Part shown: one piece after another, positions 11,097-20,000 of the stretch
How the letters are laid out: each line of letters starts with the position of its first letter
Numbering within the stretch: the stretch's first letter is position 1
NCBI GenBank assembly: GCA_027604505.1
Contig: JADIIX010000108.1
Location: forward strand, 53,058 to 73,057
Origin: Gonapodya sp. JEL0774
Taxonomy: Eukaryota
Direction: 5' to 3'
DNA length: 20,000 nt
Program-made: the position numbers and the translations under genes
The notes under the pieces: model-generated
Told to the model about the DNA's origin: nothing
The model's input: the letters and a program-made list of their open reading frames with translations, nothing else
The model's database searches: none

Positions 11097-12256
11097 TCAC
11101 GTTTTGTTTTTGCGCTTGCTCAAGAAACCCAAGAGTCCACCGCCCGCGCCACCCGTTGGTTTTCTAGTAGGCACTGTCGTCAGCCTCTCCGGTAATGAAT
11201 CCGTCTTCGATGGATCTACAACCACCGGTCTAGAAGTCGACTGCTTTGCAGGTGACGGGATGAGTAGGTGTGCTGTGGCAGACGTTGTCGAGACGGCTGT
11301 TACATTGTCAGGCGAAGGAGTATCCGATGAGACTGCCACAACAGCCTGATACCGTCTTGAAGCGTGGCGAGTGGGAAGTGGGTGTACAGGTGCAAGTGGT
11401 ACGTCGTCGTCGGTATCATAACTGTGGACTGCGGGAGCCGACAGTGGAGGCTTTGCATGATGGGACGGAGTGCCATTTTTGGGAGCATGTTGCTCCGCAG
11501 ACGGGGATACGCCAATTGATTCCCGAGATGTGCGGGATGTACCTCGCCGGCCCCGGTCTACTTCTCGATGATCCATTGAAGTCCTTCCATGTCTCCCATC
11601 AAGTTCCAACTCCAACTCTAGCTGTCCGGATGTCTGTCCACCCCAAGAACCACTTTCTGGGCGACCTGAGCTAACTGTTGTGGAAAGTGCCATCCCAGGT
11701 TTTTCAATCTTCGACCGCTCAAAGTCTGAGCGTAGTCTTTTGTTTTCGATTGCCAACTCTTCTATTCTGTCCAAACATCTCCTCACAGAACTTTCCAGCT
11801 CTGTTACACGCCTTTCAAGCTGACGTACAGCTCCGACCGATTGAAGCTGCTCGCTGGCCTGTGGCGTGGGGCTGCCAGACNNNNNNNNNNNNNNNNNNNN
11901 NNNNNNNNNNNNNNNNNNNNNNNNNNNNNNNNNNNNNNNNNNNNNNNNNNNNNNNNNNNNNNNNNNNNNNNNNNNNNNNACTTGGAACTTCGCCGGGCAG
12001 GAGCTGTCAACGAGGAATGCCGCCGCAATTTCGACACGGAGAGATCGTGAGGATCCGCCGATACTCCATTCAGCCGAGGAGGTTTCGAATCGTTCGTCTC
12101 GTCGTCGTCCACGCCAACAAAGGAAATCCGAGTTGGTTTCTTGAAGCTGGTGCTCGCAAGATCGGTTCCATCGTTTCCTGGAACCGTTAACAAGTCCGAC
12201 TCTTTCGAAGGGAGAAGGATTGGAACGTCCACGAACGGCTCTGTTGATGCGCTCAT
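11097..12256 (-). CDS. Hypothetical coiled-coil protein, interrupted by assembly gap
   Basis: ATG 12256 is open to the gap. After the gap an open frame runs 11879-11097 with heptad-like VRQLERRVTELESSVRRCLDRIEELAIENKRLRSDFE and a C-terminal GLLGFLSKRKNKT. Frames on the two sides differ, and the content of the gap is unknown. Confidence 0.65.
11881..11979. other. Assembly gap (99 N)
   Basis: Run of N; true size unknown. Confidence 1.
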
Positions 12257-12489
12257 CTCATCCGTTCACTTCTTATTTCGTTGGGGTATTGTGCCAAGCT
12301 TTGCAAGTTCCATCGACAGCAGAACACGGATCAACAAACCGACAAATATGGATGCGAGTGAAGCAGTTATCCAATTATTTGGAGAATAGTTCGTCTCCTG
12401 GTACATGATATACAGCTGTTGCTCGTAGTTATTTCAACATTTTGCATCTTGAAAAAAGCACCAAAATCACGCCCGCGGGCACTCAGACA

Positions 12490-15400
12490 TTAGAAGTACG
12501 AAACCATAGCAGATGCAATTGCGAAAAGAATTGCGATTACCGCAGGGTGCGAGTAGGCTGCGGCTGCACCACCGGCCTTCGCTGTCGCTGTAGGACTGGT
12601 GTCCGAGGACCCGCTGCTCGAGGGGCTCGTGGTCGCGGGGCTCGTGGTCAAGCTCCAGCTGCAATTACACGGCATCGCATTCAGTATATCTGAAAGTTCC
12701 CACCGGAAGGAAGCGCAATGCGGGTCGCCCGTACCTGCAAGTTCTGTTTCCAAGGTCACAGATGGCATCATTGGCAGTGAAATTCAAAGGGCTTGCGGCC
12801 TTCACGTAGTCTATTGCGACATCTGATAGAAGTGACAGAGATGGAAGCTGTCCTGCTGCAACAACATTTGTCACGAGAGCGTCTCCTCCGGTGGCAACAA
12901 AGTCGAGAGTGGTGACTGCGTAGGTTTGGGTCTTGACGATGTCAGCCCACTTGCCGTCGTTTCCAAGGACTTGTCCCTATAGTACAGCAAGACAGTATTA
13001 ATAACACAACCCGGCAACTCCAAAGCATCGCGACTCACCCCAAGAACTCGAGGGGTCGCAGCAATGCTCGAGTTGTACAGGAAACGGGCGCCAGATAGTT
13101 GCATGAACGCCCCAGCGACAGACTTGCCGGTGATTATGTTGTTCTTTGAGAGAGATTTTAGTATAATACAGTGAAAATGACTTGGTGCATTTTATTGCTG
13201 TGTTGATACTCACGCTTCCATTCTTCGCCGTGACGGACTCGAATGTATCCAGCAACTGTTGGCCAGTAAACTGTGCGAGAAGAGGTGCTCAAGATTTGGT
13301 GACAGGCGTACGTCAAGCGAACATCAACTTACGTTGTAGACGACCAGGTAGTTGGCGAAGGGAAGGAGTGTTAGGACATCGCCTTGGGTCATGTCACCAG
13401 CGAGGATGTCGATACGCATGCCTCCGGTGTTCTTCGAGTATTACGCGGTGTTTAAACTCATGAGTTGATTTTCATCGCCGGAACAGGTGGGAATGACTTA
13501 CGATCAAGGCGAGCTGAGCGCCGAACGGCCGGGTGGCGTTGAGCATAGCCGAGGTAACGAACAAGCCGAGGGCACAGTCACGGGAGTAGCAAATGCTTCG
13601 GGGCATGGGTGGAATAGTAGAACCTTCATGAACAATGGGGTGCCGTGAGCACACTTTCAATCAAACAAGGCGGAAGCCATTCTCACACACCAATGATCAC
13701 TTTGCTCAAGGCATCAAACGGTGCTCGCCACACAGCGACAGTTGCATTGAGAGCAGCGTCTTTGGGAGTCGCCTGAGTCAACAGAATGGGCTTTCCCGCA
13801 ATAGTGAGGAGGTCGCCCGTCTGCAGGGGGAATTCGAAGCGTACGCAATGTCACGTCCAACAAATTCCAATCCGGGAGGTATTCAATATTCAGATGTAAC
13901 TCACGTCTGCGTCCCAGGTGACATCAAGGTTGCCGATATATTTTCCGGCCCAAAGAACTTGAACCACGTACGTGGGCTTACCGTCAAGGTTGGTAACATT
14001 AGAAGGGTACTGATAATCCGGGAGCGCCGAAAGCCGGTGTCTTTAACGTTTGTGCGTGCTGTCACAACAAGCTTGGCAAGTGACCTACATAGCCAACAAC
14101 GGTATCTCCGACAGCCTCAGAAGCGTTGGCGAGGAGGAGCGAGTGCGAGTGTCCGCCGATGATAAGTTGGACGCCAGAGACACTTGGTATGCCTGGAGGC
14201 GTGAGGTGCAGGTCCCATAAATAGTTGAACAAACTTAAAAGAACGTACCGACGGCCAAGGTCCTTGTCCACGTCGTAGCCGATATGGGTTACAAGGATGG
14301 CGATCTTGGGACCTTTGGCCTTGCAGGCGTCTACAACCAGTATGTTGATTACATGAGCCCGATTTGATCATAAAAAGAGCCATTGAATGTGCTCTTTACC
14401 AACCGATGGCTTTTTGAGCAGCAATGGCAGGGTCGTCAAATGTGATGTTGGGACCAGGAGAACTCAACGGTGGAGAGTAATCCGTCAGATAAAATGGCGA
14501 ATGGAAAATGATCACTGTAACATGACTCACGAGATGGCGGGTGTGGAGTTGGTCACACCTCCGATGAAACAGATGGGCACACCGCTCACGTTCTTGATGA
14601 CGTAGGGCATGACGACTGCCCGGAGTTCATCAGTTCTGAGACCAGAAAAAACCTCATTCGCGGCATGCTTATATAATGTGAATGACGACATTAGCAGCTT
14701 ACGTGTTGGGGTTGAATGCGAGGTTTGCAGACACAAACGAGGTCTTGTTGAGGTTAACCTGTTGAATGTATTTGGCGAGGTAGTTGGGGCCGTTATCGAA
14801 CTCGTGGTTGCCCAAGGACATGACGTCGTAGCCGAGAATGTTGACAAAGTCCGCGGTGATGTTGGAGAAGGTACCCTTGTCTGCGATATATTGGTTCGAC
14901 GGAGTTCTCGGCTTCGTTATGCAACATGCATTGATTCAGATCACTCGGAGATACGGCTCACAGTAAGAGAAGAACTGGTTTCCTTGGAACTGGTCACCGC
15001 CATCAAGAAGGAGACTCGGGGTTGTGGCGTTGGCCCTGAGGCCGTCAATGACGTACTTCATACGGGCGGCACCACCGTAGCATTTGGACTGGTTCCGGTT
15101 GGCGGCCGTGCAGTCGGCGAAGCCGGGTCCGAATTCATCGTAGTGGACTGAAGCCAGTTTATGAATGTGAGTGTGGAGCAACTTCGCAGGAGTCGAAGTC
15201 AACGGAAGTTCAACCCGAAGAACACGAACCATGGATGTCATTGGTGTGCTATCAAACCGCGACGTGGTGGGTAAAGAGACTCGACACTACAGATTTGCTA
15301 CTTTGGAAGTGAACACTCACAATCTACAAAAAGTGCAAAGCAGCCAAGCAGTTTATAATTGGGAATCGCATCCGAGCAGGATTAGGGACCGTTATGGGAG

Positions 15401-15702
15401 CCAATACCAGATCTGTAACTGCTGCACAGCACTCACGACTTTGACGGTGAGCGGAGTGGCCCGCTTGACCAGCCTGAAATCGAGGTGAAACAATTTGCGA
15501 TGAGCTGGCGAAGAGCACAGGGACAAAACTCCCCCTCCACCCTTCAGAATCCGGACCTGCGGACATCGTGCCCCGCGGGCGTGGTGATCCTGAAGACATC
15601 ACCAGGAAGATGGTAGTCCGTGCCAAGATTGTCATGAGTAATCGCCGAGACAAGGCCAGACACCGTGGCGAGCGCAGCCGCGACAAATGCGAAGCCCTTC
15701 AT
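12490..15702 (-). CDS. Secreted, probably GPI-anchored 5'-nucleotidase/apyrase family enzyme (CD73/UshA-like; metallophosphoesterase + 5'-nucleotidase C-terminal domain)
   Basis: About 18 exons. Signal peptide MKGFAFVAAALATVSGLVSA and pro-region ending LVKR. Spliced motifs: VKVIHTNDIH, CYGGAAR, LDGGDQFQG, LGNHEFD, FVSANL, LVTHIG, IIGGHSH, VVQVLWAGKYIG, NTGGMR, DVLTLLPFAN, FMQLSG, TLDFVATGGD. Ser/Thr stalk then hydrophobic C-terminal tail (AVIAILFAIASAMVSYF); TAA at 12492-12490. Confidence 0.92.
15321..15323 (-). other. 3-nt microexon (ATT, Ile) of the 5'-nucleotidase gene
   Basis: Minus strand reads gcactttttgTAG|ATT|GTGAGT. Flanking introns are 15436-15324 and 15320-15249. Inclusion gives V-K-V-I-H-T-N-D-I-H. 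Confidence 0.75.
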
Positions 15703-16362
15703 TTCTCGAAACCAAGAATTCGGCCCGGAGATGGAAAGAAATCCATCTTCGGGCCAACGTTGATCGCACGTGCCCTGAAATATTGCCGGCCCTGGGGAAG
15801 CACGTTATCGGCTGTGGAGGCTCCAAACCGCGAATTTCATTTTATCCATTCATTTTTCTCGCTGATTTCGCGCCATCGAAACCGTCAGCGTCTGTCAGCG
15901 TGCACGATCGTGTTTGTTTGGATTGGGAGGGGCAGTCGGTTTCCATCCCGCCACATCAGCTTGGCCCTTCATATCACGGACGTAAAATCCGTTCAGAAGA
16001 TATACAACAAGTGTTCGCTTTCTAGTGGGAAACAATCAGCGTACATAACATGTATCTCATTTTCGAGCTCCCTCTTGAAATATTTGGGTGATTTTACATC
16101 CGAATATTGATATGCGCTGAGAGTGGATTGCAACGACCCCCCATCCAGACATTCTTCGATCTTTACACCAGGCGGCAATGTGACTTCCAAAAGTTTTTCT
16201 TGGATTGGTTTGTGGACGCGCGAAAAAATGAGATAACCCGTTGTGGTAAAGGCGAACCCTTGATTTCTTCGCGTAAGCGCCTGTGCTGGCTCCTTTGAAC
16301 GTTGCCCTCAAACGAAACTTTCATCCGTCATTGGCTAGTGAAATATCTGTGTCCAGCGGCGG
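15703..16362. promoter_or_regulatory. Divergent intergenic/promoter region between the nucleotidase and the first RING gene
   Basis: 660 bp, more AT-rich than the flanking exons, between head-to-head ATGs. Inferred from position only. Confidence 0.5.
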
Positions 16363-17580
16363 ATGGCCAGCATGGGCGCAAGCAAAGCGGACGCGGATGT
16401 TGGTTCCGTGCCAGCAGTCGATCCGGGTGCTGGGACAAGGGCGAACCCAGCAGGTCCTGGATCGCCAATTGGAGAAGTGGCTCTATGGACTGCCGTTATA
16501 GTCATCATCTCCGCAATCGGATGGTTTCTGTTTTGGTTCTTGGTAATGACAAAGTGAGTGTCTTGCAGCCTACAATCAGTTTTCTATTCTGCATTGTTAC
16601 CACTCACCAATCTGTTCCTAGATGTGGGCGCAGACCGTTGCGGAGAATTCAACGTGGAGCGAGACGTGGACTCAACATAGCGGTGGGTCTTCTTGGCCCG
16701 TCTGGTCTCGGTTTGGAACCCAGTCGTCGTGCGGACCGAACAGACCCTGACATTTTTGGTCTCATATCCGGCAGATTATCCAATCCCTCCCCGTGCATCC
16801 GTATGACCCCTCACGGCGTAGCGGTGAACTGAAAGCTCTGTTTGCGAATCGTGCGACCTTCCCTTCCAGTGTCGGTGCTCCGGCAGAACGGGCCAACCTT
16901 CCAGAGACCGTTACTCCTGATTCCGACAGCACAACCAGTGGAGACGCCCTAGAAATCGTTGTGGAACCATCTTCGAGCACTCCGTCGTCGACTCGTGATG
17001 ATGGTGCCTCTGGCCGACCTACTACGACTCCAGAGGGCACGGCCGAAGACCGACCCCGAACAGTTTTCGACAGGATTCGATCCGCCTTTAAATTCGCGAA
17101 CGCTGTCGCGCGTATCTCAGAGGCACCCCCTCCGTCCACAGATATAGCTATGTCGAATCGGGGGAATACCACAGAGGGCAGCGCAGCGGATGCACCCACC
17201 GTGCCCCAACCCGACTCTTGCGTCATCTGCCTCTGCAACTTCGTGGAGGAGGTCCCACTGCGCGTTTTGCCGTGCTTCCACGAATTTCACCCGGAAGTGA
17301 GTTTATCTCTGCATGTGATGCGTCGTTCGGACCGGCAAGTCGCATTTTTGCACGATCCTTAACATGTCCTTGTTGTAATCCTCCCCGCCAGTGCATCGAC
17401 CCTTGGCTCCTCGACCTCTCCGCCCGCTGCCCCCTTTGCAAAGCCAACGTCGCTGAAATGCTCGGCTGCATACCGGACAATGACCAGTCGAGCGAGGAGG
17501 TGTACTACTACGCGGATCTGAGGGAACTCTTTGTCGGCCCCGTTGTGTCTCTGTGGAGGACGATCCAGTCGCGTGCATGA
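16363..17580 (+). CDS. Single-pass transmembrane RING-H2 E3 ubiquitin ligase (paralog 1)
   Basis: Exons 16363(or 16372)-16553, 16622-16682, 16775-17296, 17392-17580. TM VALWTAVIVIISAIGWFLFWFLVM, then TKCGRRPLRR, GLNIAIIQSLPVHPY and RING [43 protein letters not shown]. Confidence 0.9.
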
Positions 17581-17899
17581 GCGGATGGAAGGGATGGTTG
17601 GCTTCACATGGTATGGGGAGGGTGGGGACGGTGTTGGAAACTTGTACATGGGCGGCTTTTGTATGGAAGACCGCGAAAAAGCATCGCGGGGTTAGACGAG
17701 AATCACTAAACTTGTAATTAAGCATGAAATTTTGATCCGAATACCGACGAAATATCGTCAGGAAACAGATCGTCGAAAGCAAGTTGAGTCGGTGTAGTGA
17801 GTGACAAGCTTGTGTCAATGAAGCCTCAAGGGTTCGGAAACAGTTTGGACAGACAACCACCAAGCACCAGACTTCACGGTCGCGCTTTGGCGCCCAATC

Positions 17900-19808
17900 A
17901 TGTCGATATATTTCCCGAATGGTCCATTCAACGCTACCTCTCCGCCAGCTCCAGACCCTCTTCAAACAAGTAGTTCCACCGGTTCCAACAGTACTCCCGC
18001 TGCAAGACTATTCGTCTTCTACACTCTTGGCGGAGCGATCGTGGGAGTTATTGTTGTATGGACCGTGTACACGTTGATCATTACTAAGTGAGTATACGGT
18101 GCCGTCCAAAATCACCATCGATGGTTCGGCAGTGATGACGTCACCTTCCATCCGCACGAAGATGCGGGCAACGACCACCGAGGAGCAGGTATATCGACAG
18201 TTTAGATGCGACGGATGAGCGTCGGAGGCAGCTGGAGGTCATGGAGCAGAGTAGGGGGGCTCTTGCAAATGAGGTGCGTTTTGGCGCAGCCATGCAGGCA
18301 TTCCACCATTTTGCATTGCAAATGATGTGCGATCGCCTCTGTTCAATCACAGATAATCAGCTCATTGCCACTGAGAGTGTATCACACTGCAACGAGGACG
18401 GAAGATCTCCAGAGACTTTATTGGAGTCGTCGGTTGCATGACGAAATGGACGTAAAGGTTGAATCGGAGGAAGCTTGGGAGTCTAGCAACGGTGCCAATG
18501 CAATGGAGACGTTGCCATCGAGACATCGACGTGTAGATTCTGGGGCGACACAGACATCACATATATCACCCGTCACCTGTTCGCACCCTACACCAGTGGC
18601 GACGGTGATTCGGAAATTACAGTGTTAGGCAGCCCCGAACAATCTCGAGAGTATCCGCGTGAACTAAGCGGGACATCTAGTCTACAGAGTGTTGATCCAG
18701 CAACGCTAAGAGCGATTCCACCGTCAGATCACGATCAGGATCCGAGAAGTGTGTACGAAGGTATCCCTGCTGAATCCGACAGCACGCCTCAACCACCTGA
18801 GGTATGGAAACATGGCTTGGACACGGATCTATCCCAACGCGCACCATCATTGCGTCGTGCCTTGACCCGGCCTCGCTCTTCTCCTCGAGTCAATGTTCTG
18901 GGAAGTGATCGCCGGCGGTTCTCCCTCTCGGGCCGCCTTCGCGTGTCGCTAGCACCCATTATAAGCTCAAACGTGTGGGAAGAAGTCGAGTTGCGAGGGA
19001 CGAGCGCAACGTATGGTGCAGAAACCATTTTGAGAGTACCTCGTGGACAGGCGTCACCCAACCTTCTGAGGGCCCGGAAGAGCCAGCTCGATATCTTCGC
19101 ACGATCAAAAGGGCCATTCTCAAGCCGCATCACAGTGTCGCGCGATCCGAGTCATTTGAATGCGGGCCTTTCCGCATCTGAAGACGATGTGCCTAGTATA
19201 GATCTTATGGACGAGTGCGTGATTTGCTTGGAAGATTTCACAGAGGGCGAGGAGCTTCGTCTGCTTCCGTGAGTTACTGTGACGTCCAAATTCGTTGCTT
19301 TTAGGTTGACAATGCAACGATAAATACGTTTTTGGTGAAGATGTGGTCACGATTTTCATCCGGAAGTGAGTTTTCTCCGAGATTACGTTTTCACGATCGT
19401 ATTCCACTGATCAATTTCTGGACCATGGCAAACATTTGTCAGTGCATTGATCCTTGGCTACGTGATGTATCCCCACTTTGTCCACTCTGCAAGATCCACG
19501 TGGGAGAAATGATGTCAGGTCATGGGCAAGATGAGTCAAGGATGGAGGGGAATCCCGATATGGTCGAAATGTCCCAAGTACCACCCTCACAAACCAGTGT
19601 TTTTACCAGAGATCCAGCAACTCGACGTCATGGCCGATTTTTTCCCGTGGTATCTTGGTTGCGGTACATCACGAGTGCACGATCATTAGCAAGACAACAA
19701 GGAGAAAGCACGGCTCCGATCGAGTCCACGTTCGAGATTCCTGAGAGAACGGAAAGTATCCCCGGCTCCGCTGGACCTTCGAGTTGGCTCCATGATGACG
19801 TTGTGTAA
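17900..19808 (+). CDS. Single-pass transmembrane RING-H2 E3 ubiquitin ligase (paralog 2), with an unresolved frame break near 18490-18625
   Basis: Exons 17900-18087, 18162-18273, 18353-(frame change)-19268, 19341-19365, 19443-19808. TM LFVFYTLGGAIVGVIVVWTVYTLII, then TKCGQRPPR, GALANEIISSLPLRVY and RING [43 protein letters not shown]. Confidence 0.8.
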
Positions 19809-20000
19809 TGTGGAGGTTGGTTCTGAGGTCTGGGTAACAAAACAAAAGAAGACCAAACCGCGCTTAATCCACTACCTCAAATCGAGTAATTGCCAGTGAC
19901 ACAGTGTATTCCCTCTTTGCATAGATCTAGATTTAATACGTATGATTGAATGCAAATCCACAACACACAAAACACGACTCATCATACAAGAGCCGACAGA

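Noticed and set aside
15866..17893. E2F/SBF-like elements TTTCGCGC (15866-15873; reverse at 16218-16225) and TTTGGCGC (17886-17893) upstream of the RING genes
   Set aside because: A few TTTSSCGC matches are expected by chance in 20 kb, and no conservation or expression data are available.
1..20000. Functional gene cluster, mobile element, CRISPR array or RNA gene
   Set aside because: The genes have unrelated functions. No transposase or RT motifs, terminal repeats, repeat-spacer arrays, or tRNA/rRNA-like sequence were recognised by eye; a covariance-model search was not possible.

Overview
Gene-dense, intron-rich eukaryotic DNA with short GT-AG introns (~55-200 nt). A fungus, possibly early-diverging or chytrid-like, is inferred but not proven. 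The ORF track is fragmented by introns, so genes were rebuilt by hand from splice signals and reading-frame continuity. Seven protein-coding genes: (1) a large, mostly low-complexity protein on the minus strand running off the left edge (4646 to <1); (2) RCC1/Pim1-type Ran GEF; (3) a 13-exon gene fusing an AMPK-beta-type glycogen-binding module (CBM48) to six CCCH zinc fingers; (4) a coiled-coil protein broken by an assembly gap; (5) an 18-exon secreted, probably GPI-anchored 5'-nucleotidase containing a 3-nt microexon; (6,7) a tandem pair of single-pass TM RING-H2 E3 ligases, the second with an unexplained frame break. No RNA genes, mobile elements or CRISPR arrays were recognised. The best novelty candidates are the CBM48-(CCCH)6 fusion, the 3-nt microexon and the high frequency of AAG/GAG 3' splice sites.
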